In this document: positions 11,356 to 24,045 of the stretch, piece after piece
Layout of the letters: each line of letters opens with the position of its first letter
Position numbering within the stretch: position 1 is the first letter of the stretch
From: Mobula hypostoma
Taxonomy: Eukaryota
Assembly: GCF_963921235.1 (NCBI RefSeq)
Contig: NC_086108.1
Location: forward strand, 103,418,001 to 103,482,000
DNA: 64,000 bases
Direction: 5' to 3'
The notes under the pieces: generated by a model
Seen by the model: the letters and a program-made list of their open reading frames with translations, nothing else
Database searches by the model: none
Told to the model about the DNA's origin: nothing
Program-made: the position numbers and the translations under genes

Positions 11356-12124
11356 GAATATTTAAATACACTGCTCCTTTTTTGACTGCAATCAAGTTTC
11401 CATCACGCAGCTGAAAAGGGAAACATCTTTGTGAGGACCAGAAGATACACTCTTAGAACAAAGGGGCATCCATTTAGAATAGAGATGAGAAAGAATTTCT
11501 TTAGCTAGAGGGTAGTGAATCTGTGGAATTCATTGCCAAGTCATATATAAAACGGAGGTTGATAGGTTCTTGATTAGTTAGGGTTATGAGCAGAAGGCAG
11601 GTGAGTGTGGTTGAGAGGGTTAATAAATCAGCCATGATGGAATGGTGGAACAGACTCTAAGGGCTGAACGTCCTAATACTGCTGCATGACTTATGATCAA
11701 ATGTAATTAAACAAGTGAAAGAGCAGCAGAGGAATTAGACGGAAGGGCTTCAGTTATCCAAATCAACAGAACTACCATTTTCAAATTAAATAAACTGATA
11801 AACTGATACTGGGGAGAAATTACCTACATTCACAAAGCAAGGGAACAGATCATTCGCACTGATCAATGGGCAGCAATCCATACCAATCATATCTTCCATC
11901 AAATTACCTGTAGCCCTCCATGCATTTAATTTGGACATGTCTTAAACGGAGTCAGTGACTCTCCTTCTACCACTCTCTCTGGATGTGTACTCCTTCCAGG
12001 CAGTCATCACTTGCTAGGTGAAAAAGATCCCCTCAAAATCTCTAACCTTAATCCTAAATCTACATCTTCTAGATTTATTCACCACTGATAAGGGGAAGAC
12101 CTCCTGCTGTCTCCTCTATCGAAA

Positions 12125-15110
12125 TATGATGTGGGTGTCACCAGTTAAGCCAGCATTTATTGCCCATTCCTAGCTGCCCTTGAGAAGGTGGTGATGAGCT
12201 TCCTTCCTCAACCACTGCAGTTGCTGAGGTGTAGCTACACCCACAGTACCGTTAGGGAGGCAATTCCATGATTTTGATCTATCGACAATGAAGGAACAGT
12301 GATATGTTTCCAAGTCAGGATGGTGAGTGACTTGGACAGGGATTTCCAAGTGGTGGTGTTCCCAGGTATCTGCTGTTCTCGTCCTTCTAGATGGTCATGA
12401 CTGTGGGTCTGGAAGGAGCTGCCTTAGGAACTTTGGTGTGTTGTTGCAGTGCATCTCCTAGATAATACACACTGCTGCAACTGTTTGTCAATGGTGGAGG
12501 CTTTGGATGCTTGTGGAAGGGGTACCAATCAAGTGGGCTGCCTTGTACTGGATAGTGTCAAGCTTCTTGAGTGTTGATGGAATTGCACTCATCCAGGTGA
12601 GTGGCAAATATTCCATTACACTCCTGCCTTGAGCCTTGTAGATGCTGGACAGGCTTTGGGGAGTCAGGAGGTGAGTTACACACCACAGGATTCCTAGCCT
12701 TTGACCTGCTCTGGTAGCCATGGTGTTTATATGGCTAGACCAGTTCAGTTTCCTGTCAATGGTAACCCCCAAAATGGTGATATTAGGGGATTCAGTGATG
12801 GTGATGCCACTGAATGTTAAGGGATGATGGTTAGAGCCTCTCTTGTTGGAGATGGTCATTGCTTGGCACTTGCGTGGCTCAAACGTTACCTGCCATTTGT
12901 CAGCCGAAGCCTAGATATTGTCACCAATGGTGCAAAACCTTGTGCAGTCATCCACAAACATCCCCACTTCTGACCTTACGATGGAAGGAAGGTCATTGAT
13001 GAAGCAGCTGAAGAAGGCTAGTCCTAGGACACTTTCCTGAGGAACTCCTGCACTGATGTCCTGAGAATGAGATGATTGACCTCCAACCACCTTCCATCTT
13101 CCTTTGTGTCAGGTATGATTCCAGCCAGCAGAGGCTTTTCCCCCTAATTCCCATTGACTCCATTTTAGCTAGGGCACCTTGATGCCATACTCGGTCAAAT
13201 GTTGCCTTGATGCCGAGGTCTATCACTTTCATCTCACCTCTGGTATTTTTGCTCTTTAGTCCGTGTTTGGACCAAGGAGGTGATGAGGTAAGGAGCTGAG
13301 TGGCCTTGACAGAACCCAAACTGGGCATCCGTAAGCAGGTTATTGCCGAGTAGGTGCTGCATGATAGCATTGTTAATGATCCCTTCCATTACTTTGCTGA
13401 TGATTGAGAGTAGGCTGATGGGGCAGTAATTGTCTGGGTTGGACTTGTTCTGTTTCTTGTGTACAGGACATACCTAGGTAATTTTCCACATTACTGGGTA
13501 GATGCCGGTGTTGTAGCCGTACTGGAACAGAGCTAGTGGCGTGGCAAGTTCTGGAGCACAAGTCTTCAGGACTATTGCCGGGATCTTGTCTGGGTCTTTA
13601 GCCTTCGCAATATCCAGTGCTTTCAGCCATTTCTTGATACCACGTGGAGTGAATCAGATTGGCTGCATACTGACATCTGGGATGCTGGGGACTTCTGGAG
13701 GAGGCCAAACTGGATCATCCACTCGGCGCTTCTGACTGAAAATTGTTGCAAATGCCTCAGCCTTATCTGTTGCACAGGTGTGCTGGGCTCCTCTATTATT
13801 GAGTATGGGGATATTTCTGGAGCCTCCTCCTCCAGTGAGTTGTTTGATTGTCCACCACCATTCACGGCTGGATGTGGCAGGACTACAGAGCTTAGATCTG
13901 ATCCACAGGTTATGGTACCTCTCAGCTCTGTTTATTATTTGCTGCTTATGGTGCTTAGCGTACAAGTAGTCCTGTATTGTGGCTTCACCAGGGTGACGCC
14001 TCGTATTGAGATATGCCTGATGTTGTTCTTGGCATGCCCTCCGGCACTCTTCATTGAACCAGGGTTGATCTCCAGGTCTGGTGGTAATGTTAGAGTGGGG
14101 GATATGCCAGGCCAGAGGTTACAGATTGTAGTTGAGTACAATTCCCGCTGCTGTTAATAGCCTCATAGATGCCCAGTCTTGGGCTGCTCCATCTGTTCAA
14201 AGTCTATCCCATTTAGCACTGTGGTAGTGCCACACAAAGCAGTGGAGGATTTCTTCAATGTGGAGAAGGAATTTGTCTCCACAAATACTGTGCAGTGGTA
14301 ACTTCTACCAATGCTGTCGTGGACAGATGCTTCCACAGTAGACAGGTTGGTGACAATGAGGTCAAGTATGTTTTTTTTTCCCTCTTGGTGGTTCCCTCAC
14401 CACCTGCTAAAGTCCCAGTTTATTAGCTATATCCAGTAGAACCCGACCAGCTCTGCCTGTGGTGGTACTACTGAGCCACTCATGGTGATGGATATTAAAG
14501 TCCCCCACCCAGAGACCTTCTGTGCCCTTGCCACCCTCAGTGCCTCCTCTAAGTGCTGCTCAACATGGAGGTGCATTTCCTTGCCCATGTTTAATCTGGT
14601 GCCATGAGATTTCATGGGGTCCAGAGTCGATGTTGAGAGGTGACAGTGCAACTCCCTCTCCACTGTATACCACTGTGCCACCACCTCTGCTAGGTCTATC
14701 CTGCCGGTGAGACAGTATATACCCAGGAATGGTGATGGTGAAGTCTGGAATTAACTGTAAGGTATGCTTCTGTCAGTACAAATATGTCAGACTGTTGCTT
14801 GACTAGTTTGTGAGACGACTCTCCCAACTTTTGCACAAATCCCCAGATGTTAATGAGGAGGACTGCAGGGTTGACAGGGCTGGCTTTGACATTGTCATTC
14901 CCAGTGCCTAGGTCAATGCTGGGTTGTCCATCTGGGTTCATTTCTTACTATTTTCTTTATAGCGGCTGGATACAACTGAATGGCTTGCTAGGCCATTTCA
15001 GAGGGTATTTAAGAGTCAACCACAATGCTGTGCGTATGGAGTTACATCTAGGCCAGGCCAGGTAAGGACGGCAAGATCCCTCCCCTGAAGGACATTAGTG
15101 TAATAGATAA
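12125..15110 (-). mobile_element. CR1-related LINE of the 'YKAQ' type (Zenon-like motif), decayed, about 3 kb
   Basis: Endonuclease remnant LLINIWG...DIFVLTEAYL, SREWWWTIKQLTG, IKATFDRVWHQG and SIYKAQGRSVMEYLPLTWMSA...LDTIQ. 3' tail AATAAATGCTGGC...CACCCACATC. Confidence 0.8.
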
Positions 15111-15695
15111 GTTGTCACATGTTCCCTTTTAACCTCCTCCCTGGTTCAACAGTCCAGGGAAAGCAGAACCATTTTCTCCTCATCCCAGCCAACATTCTGG
15201 TCCATCTCCTCTGCACCCTCTTCAGCACTATTGCCTTCTATACTCCACCTGAAGCCTGAACAATGTTATATAGAATTGGAGCACAACCTTATTCAACTTC
15301 TTGCAACGTTCCACTCCCACTTCCCAGCTCAGTGATGGAGACTTTAATACAACTCCTCTGAGATTTTTCTTTGTTTAAAGAGGAACTGCCACTCGCTGGC
15401 ATACTCTAATACCTCTCCAATCTCTCAAATTTGACAGATAATGAAGAGAGGCCAACGGTTGTCAAACTGAGAAAATGGCAATGTGTGCAGTACAATGGTC
15501 ATATGCAGAACATAGAAAATTACTCAGCTCCAAGCATCAGTGAGCCATTGACGCAAAAATGTTATTATATCAGTGTCGACTGCCACCACAATCCATCCAG
15601 CTCTAAACCTGCTGATCATACAACAGCCAGAGTTCATAGCGCAGTAGAGCACAGAAACAGGCCCTTCTAGTACATACCAAACTTCTAGTCTGCCT

Positions 15696-17042
15696 GAAGG
15701 AAGAGTTAGTAAGAGATTTGAAAGTGGGAGGGGGAGGGGGAGATCCAAAATGATTGGAGAAGACAGGAAGGGGAGGGATGGAGCCAAGAGCTGGACAAGT
15801 AATTGGCAAAGGAGATATGAGAGGATTATGGGACAGGAGGCCCAGGGAGAAAGACAAGGGGGGGGGGGGGAACCCAGAGGATGGGCAAGGGGTATAGTCA
15901 GAGGGACAGAGGGAGAAAAAGGACAGTGAGAGAAAGAATGTGTGTATAAAAATAAATAACAGATGGGGTACGAGGGGGAGGTAGGGCATTAGCGAAAGTT
16001 AGAGAAGTCGATGTTCATGCCATCAGGTTGGAGGCTACCCAGATGGAATATAAGGTGTTGTTCCTTCAACCTGAGTGTGGCCTCATCTTTAGAGTAGAGG
16101 AGGCCATGGATAGACATGTCAGAATGGGAATGGGATGTGGAATTTAAATGTGTGGCCACTGGGAGATCCTGCTGGTCTCCCAGTCTGCGTCGGGTCTTGC
16201 CAATATATAGAAGGCCACATCGGGAGCACCGGACGCAGTGTATCACCCCAGCCGACTCACAGGTGAAGTGTCGCCTCACCTGGAAGGACTGTCTGGGGCC
16301 CTGAACGGTGGTAAGGGAGGAAGTGTAAGGGCATGTGTAGCACTTGTTCCACTTACAAGGGTAAGTGCCAGGAGGGAGATCAGTGGGGAGGGATGGGGGG
16401 GGGACGAATGGACAAGGGAGTCGCGTAGGGAGTGATCCCTGCAGAAAGTGGGGGGGGGGGTAGGGAAAGATGTGCTTAGTGGTGGAATCCACTAAGATGG
16501 AGGTGGAGGTGGCGGAAGTTACGAAGAATAATATGTTGGACCTGGAGGCTGGTTATGGAGAATAATATGTTGGACCCGGAGGATGGTGTAACATTGACTT
16601 CTCTAACTTCCGCTAATACCCCACCTCCCCCTCGTACCCCATCCGTTATTTATTTTTATACACACATTCTTTCTCTCACTCTCCTTTTTCTCCCTCTGTC
16701 CCTCTGACTATACCCCTTGCCCATCTTCTGGGTTCCCCCCCCCCACCGTCTTTCTCCCTGGGCCTCCTGTCCCATGATCCTCTCATATCCCCTTTGCCAA
16801 TCACCTGTCCAGCTCTTGGCTCCATCCCTCCCCCTCCTGTCTTCTCCTATCATTTTGGATCTCCACCTCCCCCTCCCACTTTCAAATCTCTTACTAACTC
16901 TTCCTTCAGTTAGTCCTGACGAAGGGTCTGGGCCTGAAACATCGACTGTACCTCTTTCTAGAGATGCTGCCTGGCCTGCTGCGTTCACCAGCAACTTTGA
17001 TGTGTGTTGCTTGAATTTCCAGCATCTGCAGAATTCCTGTTG
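15696..17042. mobile_element. Penelope-like element fragment with inverted arms
   Basis: Minus arm encodes PGTYPCKWNKCYTCPY...FTCESAGVIHCVRCSRCGLLYIGKT...EQHLI (Cys linker plus GIY-YIG). Plus arm is a pseudo-LTR with hammerhead. 13-bp TSD TTCTAGTCTGCCT at 15683-15695 and 17043-17055. Confidence 0.9.
16912..16947 (+). ncRNA. Minimal hammerhead motif, slightly decayed (AUC triplet, ACGT palindrome lost)
   Basis: AGTC-CTGACGA-A-GGGT-CTGG-GCCT-GAAAC-ATC-GACT. Confidence 0.7.
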
Positions 17043-17055
17043 TTCTAGTCTGCCT

Positions 17056-17410
17056 AATCTCTTTGACACTCCATACTCCTCCCATGCCTGCACTTATCCC
17101 AAACTTCTCTTAACTGTTGCCATCAAACTCATATCCATCACTTAAACTGACAGCTTGTTCCACACTTGCATCACCCGACTGAAAGTTTCCCCTCAGGTTC
17201 CCCTTAAACATTTCAGCTTTCACCCTTAACCCACGACTTCTAATTCTAGTCTCACCCAACCTCAGTGGAAAAAGGCTGCTTGCATTTACCCTACCTGTAC
17301 ACCTCATAATTTTGTATACCTCTGTCAAATCTCCCCTCATTCTCCAGCTCTCCAGGGAATAAAGTCCTAACGTATTCAACCTTTCTTAGAACTCAGGTTC
17401 TCAAGTCTTG
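17056..17410 (-). mobile_element. CR1 3' fragment (its extreme 3' end lies at about 15635-15682, on the other side of the Penelope insertion)
   Basis: LGLYSLESWRMRGDLTEVYKIMR. Confidence 0.8.
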
Positions 17411-18284
17411 ACAAGGGTATTGAAAGAAACTGGCACTAATATACTATAATCAGCAACCAGGAAATCTGCCTCTTATTAAGCTGGATCTTCCCGTTCTTAG
17501 TGAATCTGGCAAGTTATATCATGAAAGAATGCAACAGTGGAGCACAGAAGTAGCTTAGTTTACCTAGTTGACCCTACACTGAATTTCTGAAACAGCCAGG
17601 CATTAAAATCCACACCCTTATTCTTTTCCAGCAGATCCAGCAAGTGCTTCCCTTTTAATACAATCAACGTACTCTTTTTTAAAGTCAGAATTAAATTAGT
17701 TTTTAGATTAGATTATCACCTTTACAGGCATTGCATCCCCAAATGAAACACTCACCCCCAATAATAAGATTCTCATTTCCTTGTGGCTCCCTGGCGCCCC
17801 TTCTGTAGAAGGAGCTGACAACTTGAACAATAGCACAAAGAGGTTTGCATAACTTTATTTGAATGGGTGTTTGGTTTTGCTCCCTTGCTATATACAGGGT
17901 GGCTGGCATTTTAATCATGCTGATTAGAAGGCTTACTCCTCAGTTTGTACTAACAAATTAAAGGAAGAACAAAATTCAATATTTATTTTGGGCAATTCTC
18001 AATTGGAATTGGCACCAGCAACAGTGCTGTAACCAGCAGTAATTTGTTACATATTGTTCAAATGCATGTGCCAGATTAATGTCAAGTCTTTAAGGATTAA
18101 AGTTCAAAGTAAATTTGTTATCTAAGTACCTATAAGTCACCATATACAACCTTGTTACGGGCATACTCAAGAAATCCATTAACCATATTAGAATCAATGA
18201 AAGACCGCACCAACTTCAAAGTTCAACCAGCTGCAGCTTTGCTATATCAAATGAAAACATTTCACAGTCCTGCATTATGCTGCA

Positions 18285-18620
18285 GCCCTGGTGACAATAA
18301 TTTGCTTTATTTGTCACGGGTACATCAAAACATACAGTGAAATGCATTGTTTTGAAACAACAACCAACATAATCCGAGGATGTGCTGGGGGCAGCATGCA
18401 ATGTTGCCATGCTTCTGGCACCAACATGGCATACCCACATTTTACTAATCCGAATCCTAACTATACAACTTTGGAATGCAGCAGGAAACCCGAGCACCCG
18501 CAAAGATCTCACGTTGTCACGGTGAGAACATGCAAATTCCTTATAGACAACAGCTGCAATTGAACCCCGATCGGTGATTCCTGACAATGCACTAACCACT
18601 GCACTACCGTGTTGTCCTCC
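18285..18620 (-). mobile_element. tRNA-derived V-SINE (HE1-like)
   Basis: Minus strand: A-box-like GGTAGTGCAGTGGTTAG, B-box-like GGGGTTCAATTG, and V-domain TTTGCATGTTCTCACCGTG...GGGTGCTCGGGTTTCCT. Confidence 0.7.
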
Positions 18621-19509
18621 AAACAAATATGGCACATTTCACAAATTTATGCATCATTCTAATATAACAAAGTTATATTAGAAACTGATTCTCATCAGCT
18701 ACTATTTGACACCTATCCTCATGAGGGTGACATTACTTGAGGCAATATTTGCAGCAAATTGTGTCAATTTTTATTGTGCAAAGATCAAATTTTATGCATG
18801 TCCCAGAATTAACGGCTGATATCTCAGATCCTCAGCCAAGTAAACACAAACATACATACACACACACACACGGCCCATTTCATGTAATGAATCCCAAGAA
18901 GTTAATAAATCAAGGTTAAAGGACACCTGTTTTAAGTGTTGAGTGGCAAAATTGAGAAACTAGATACAATTCATTGGCATAAGCAGACTCCCAATCTGTT
19001 GTATAAAGCACATCGCATTTACTGTACATATATCCACAGAATCTTCGACATCTGTTAAATTGTTAAAGCCTTTAACCTCCAGTTCTTAACAAATGCGCAC
19101 TTACATTTCTTAAAAGGTAATCCTTCAGATGAGATGTTAAAATATCTATACAATTTATTTAAATTAATCTAAATAATCTAAATAATTAGATTATTTGAAA
19201 AGCTATTGTTTCCACCTCTTGAAGAAAAGCTATTTTTCCCAGAGCAAGTCCAACATTCCTTCCTCAACCTAAAGCAGCCAAAATAAACAGACATTTACCT
19301 CACTGCAGCTTGAACGATATAGTTTGTACTGAAGCATCAATCATTGTTGCTTAGTGAACAATCTGTGAACTGCAAAGCTGATCAACTTGACAGCTTGGTG
19401 TACAGTTTGTATCATTGCAAGTTTTCCTTTATCGTTAATATCTTGTTCTTTTTATAGCAATATGCTAGTGGAGAGAACAAACAGTCAAGCCAATATTCTC
19501 TAATGCACA

Positions 19510-20520
19510 GATCTAATGGGTCCTGTTGCTGCTGACTTCAGGAAGGGGAAGGAGAGTGAACCTGTACCAGTCAAACTGGGGGAAACTGGTGGAGAAGAGA
19601 GGCAGCAGTTATAAATTCCTGGATGTTAACATATTGGATGTCCTGATCTGGGCCCAGGACATAGATTCAATCACAAGGAAAGTACAGCAGCGTCTTTGCT
19701 TTCTTATGAAATTAATGAGGTTCCACTTGTCACCAAACATTCTAACAAACTTCTACTGATGTACCGTTGAAAGTATTCTAGGCAGTTGTATCATGGTCTG
19801 GTAATGACAATTTAAATGTGCAGAAATGCAAGAGGCTGGAGGGAGTTGTAAACTCTGCCCAATACATCACAGGCACACCCTTCCCCACTATTGGTAGTTT
19901 CTGAAGGAGCTGCTGCTTCAGGAAGGCACCATCCATCATCAAAGATTCCTACAACCCAGGCCATGCCATCTTCCCCATTTGGCAGAAGTCTGAAGTCCCA
20001 CGCCACCAGGTCCTCAAGAAAACCTATTTTCCCTCAACCACTTGGTTCTTGAACAAACCAGCATAACCCTAATCCCAACAGTTGAACAACACTATTACCA
20101 CTTTACAAGAAGATGGACATTTTTGATCTAATTGTGTTCTTTTATGTAAAGATAGTGCTATGTGTTTTTCTTGTGAATCTGTAACTTTGACAAACCTATA
20201 GATGCATAGTAAAGAGTGAATCAACTGGCTACATCCCAACCTGTATGGAAACACCAATGTCCTTGAACTGCAAATCCTACAAAAAGTAGTGGATACAGCC
20301 CAATCCATCAGAGGTAAATCCCTCCTGACCATTGAGTACATCTACACAAAGTGTTATCGCAGGAAAGCAGTATCCATCATCGGGGACCCCCACTATCCAG
20401 GATATACTCTCTTCTCGCTGCTGCGATCAGGAAGAAGGCATGGGAGCCTCAGGACTCACACCAACAGGTTCAGGAACAGATATTATCCCTCAACCATCAG
20501 GCTCTTGAACCAAAGGGGAT
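19510..20520 (+). mobile_element. Two adjacent Rex1/Babar-type LINE 3' fragments
   Basis: SSYKFLDVNI...RKVQQRLCFLMKL and RKAVSIIGDPHYPGYTLFSLLRSGRR...RFRNRYYPSTIRLLN. Confidence 0.75.
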
Positions 20521-20776
20521 AGCTTCCCTCATCTTCAACAAGGATATGTAAGATGCAATACAGCCATGCTATTTCCTTAAATGACAACAGTAGGTTGTGA
20601 TAACCTTCTACATATTGACTGGAACGCCAATACTGTAAAAAGGCAAGATGGGATAAAGTTTGTCGAATGTGTTCAGGAAAGTTTCCTTAATTGTTTCCTT
20701 AAGGAGAGAGTGAGATACTGGACAGGGCAGGTGACGAAAGTTGGTGAACTTTGCTTCTAGTGATCATAATGCCATT

Positions 20777-20983
20777 GCTGTTGTTCCTTTCAGCGCCTTC
20801 TGGCGCATCGGGCAGCAAACTTACTGTTTCTTTAGGCGTTTTTGCCTGTTTTTTTTTTATGGGTTGCTAGCTTGACACTCAACCCAGCACAGATAGAAAG
20901 TGTGCAAGGAGCTGGCCGGATTTGAACCCTGGATCGCTCACCTTGAAGTCCAGTGCAAATGCTACGACACCAAAAGCCCGCTA
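20777..20983 (-). mobile_element. tRNA-derived SINE, second family (another copy at about 46515-46725)
   Basis: Minus strand: TGGTGTCGTAGC, GGGTTCAAATCC and GTGCTGGGTTGAG...AAGCTAGCAAC. Flanking direct repeat ATAATGYCATT. Confidence 0.65.
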
Positions 20984-21556
20984 ATAATGTCATTAGTTTC
21001 AAGAAAATTATGGAGAAGGATAGGTCGGGTCCTGTTTCTGTGCTGTAGTGTTCTATGAGCCTATGATCCTATATCTAGCAGGTTTCTTATAGTTTATCAA
21101 TCTTAGGGAGACCTTTCTTCCATCTTCTTGCTGGACTTTTTAATTACAGGCTATTTATCTTCCTTATCCCACTTTTTGTATAATGCCGCTCTATTTAGGA
21201 CCATGCTACTTTAGTCAAGGTTGTTACAATTGCCAAAATTAATAAAAACGAGAAAGTACTGGCCCTATGGTGTATTGCTATCTATGACATATTCTCACAA
21301 TTTACTTGCAATACATCTGTAGTATCGACATTACACCTACTACAGGCAATTAGAATATTGCCGGAAATAATCCCTTGATCAAGATCTTAAGAATGACACA
21401 ATTGATTGCTATTACAGATGAAAATTGTAATTCAATACTATCCAAGAGAAGCTAAGATTTTATGATGTTATTAAAAAAGCTAGAGTAATCATTCAAAAAT
21501 AATTGTGATCTTCTAATCAGGTTTTTCCCCCATACTTAAATAAGATTCACCTAATA

Positions 21557-23159
21557 CAGGTGTCCCCCGCTTTTCGAATGTTCGCTTTACAAAACCTTGC
21601 TGTTACGAGAGACTTACATTAGTTACCTGTTTTCGCTAACAAAAGGTGTTTTCACTGTTACGAAAAAAGGCAGCGCACACCCCGAGCAGCCAAGCTCCTC
21701 CCCCAGAACTGCATTCTAGCCGGCGTTGCTTAGACATGTGCCTGTGAGCAGCTGTTAGCAAGATGGGTTCTAAGGTATCGGAAAAGCCTAAAAGAGCTCG
21801 TAAGGGTGTTACACCTAGCGTAAAACTAGACATAATGAAGCGTTTCGATTGTGGTGAATGAAGTAAGGACAAAGTGAGTTTAGCTTCTGGAAGCTGATGA
21901 AGATGACGTTGAAGAGGTTTTGGCATCCCATGACCAAGAACTGATAGATGAAGAGCTGATGCAATTGGAAGAGGAAAGGATAACAATCGAAACCGAATAC
22001 AGTAGCGAACGGACCGAAAGTGAAGTCGTCCAGGAACTGAACGCAAAGCAACTGCATGAGATTTTCGCTACAATAATAGCAGAAAAGTATGTCTTTAATT
22101 TTGAAAGGGTACGTCGGTTTAGGGCATATTTGCAGGATGGTTTGAGTGCTTACAAAGAACTGTATGATAGAAAAATGCGCGAGGCTAAGCAGTCAAGCAT
22201 ACTGTTGTTTTTCAAGCCTTCCACATCAGCCGCAGCAGACGACGAACCTCGACCTTTGACATCGAGGCAGGCAGACATAGAAGATGACTACCTGCCTGCC
22301 CTGATGGGAACAGACGACGATGAGATGACACCCCAGTGTCCCACCACCCCAACTCCTGGGCCGCGGACCGATACATTGCCGCAGAGAACGCAGCGGTAGT
22401 CGGAATGCACCCAACACATCTTTAAGAAAAAAAATCTAAAATAAACAAGCTAATTAATTAGGTGCCACCCGGCACATAAATGTCGGCCCAGATCAGAGGC
22501 GATTGCCGATTGCATCGTCTCTGATCTGGGCTGACATTTACGTGCTGGGCGGCACCTAGTTAATTAGCTTGTTTATTTTGGCTTTCTTTCTTAAAGATGT
22601 GCTGGGTGTGTCCCGGCTACTGCTGCATTTTCCGTGGATCGGTATCGGTCGGCGGCCCAGAGGGTGGGGACCACTGCACCATCACAACCTCCGACGACTC
22701 AGCCTAACACACCATCATCAGTGTGCACGGCGCTGTCTTCCCGATTCCAGTACGTGATACTACACTGTACATACATTATTTCTACTTTATATAGGCTGTG
22801 TATTTTTACGTGTTATTTGGTATGATTTGGCAGCTTCATAGCTTAAGGGTTACTGGAGAGAGTGTTTCTGCCGAGAGCGCTTGCGTGAGATTTTCGCTAC
22901 GGAGAACAGTGCGGCAATGATTGTAGAAAAGTATTTCTACTTTATATAGGCTGTGTATTTATCATATCATTCCTGCTTTTACTATATGTTACTGTTATTT
23001 TAGGTTTTATGTGTTATTTGGTAGGTTATTTTTTGGGTCTGTGAACGCTCACAAATTTTTCCCATATAAATAAATGGTAATTGCTTCTTCACTTTATGAC
23101 ATTCCGGCTTACAAACCGTTTCATAGGAACGCTCTACCTTCGGATGGCGGGGAAACCTG
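21557..23159 (+). mobile_element. Tigger/pogo-like DNA transposon, internally deleted (no DDE domain)
   Basis: TA at 21555-21556 and 23160-23161. Imperfect TIRs CAGGTGTCCCCCGC / GCGGGGAAACCTG. N-terminal HTH remnant MGSKVSEKPKRARKGVTPSVKLDIMKRFD is joined to a Tigger-like C-terminus (LASHDQELIDEELMQL...YKELYDRKMREAKQSSILLFFKP). Confidence 0.85.
22356..22660. repeat. Long imperfect inverted repeat (arms about 150 bp) inside the Tigger-like element
   Basis: Arm pairs include AAAATAAACAAGCTAATTAATTAGGTGCC / GGCACCTAGTTAATTAGCTTGTTTATTTT and GCCCAGATCAGAG / CTCTGATCTGGGC. Centre near 22508. Confidence 0.92.
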
Positions 23160-24045
23160 TAAAATATTGCAGCACCTTTCTGTGATATTCTATGTTAACC
23201 AACTTAACCCATTTTTCTGAACGATGATTGATAAATATAAGTAATTAACATTCCTTTAAGTCTGAGCTTATCTGAAAAGTGTGGAAGACATAGAAACACA
23301 AAGAAATACAGAATTTTACAATTGCAAAGGAGAACAGGAGGTTCAATTGTTTCTAATAGGTATGTTAAAACTCTACTCTAAAATTTATTGCCACACAGTA
23401 AACATTAGGGTTAAATATGGAGTTTTTAAAAAATACCCAGTCTCTTGCCTGCTCTGAGCAATTACCACGCAATTAAGTTCACCAGTCAAAAACACGGACA
23501 TCAATGCTGAAGCCCAGAATTCAACCGTCACTAACACTGGAAAAAATCATTTACTTTTCCACACAGAAGCTTCATTTAAATTTAAATTTAAACATTAAGT
23601 TACCATTAAACAAAACATAACCATGACTGAATCATGCATACATTCGAGCCAGGACAGGGTTTTAAAAAACATGTTAAAGTCAATACTTCTAAACCTATAG
23701 TTTGAATCATACCAAGAAAGTGACCACACTTAACTGCTTGGTTCTGTCGCCAACTATTATTTCAAATTTGAGCTCCAATCTTCACTTTGTGGTAAAGTGA
23801 ACCAGAAAAATAGTAAAGATTTTCCATATAACTTTGCTTCTTTAAATACTTTAGGACGAAGAAAAAATACTTAAGGAGATGAATATTTTCTGTATGGGTA
23901 GGGTGTGTCCTGGTTCAGTGGAAGGAAATGAGTTCTAGTATAAACTTCATCTTCTTGTGGCACTGGAAGAGGGCAGGGGAACTCTTATTATTCAAGAGCA
24001 TCACACACTTCCATGATTGACTGAACAGCAAAGATGAAGAGGATT

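Noticed and set aside
19291..19370. Minus-strand donor GAG|GTAAAT as a coding exon end
   Set aside because: All three upstream frames contain stops, and nothing resembles ZZZ3.
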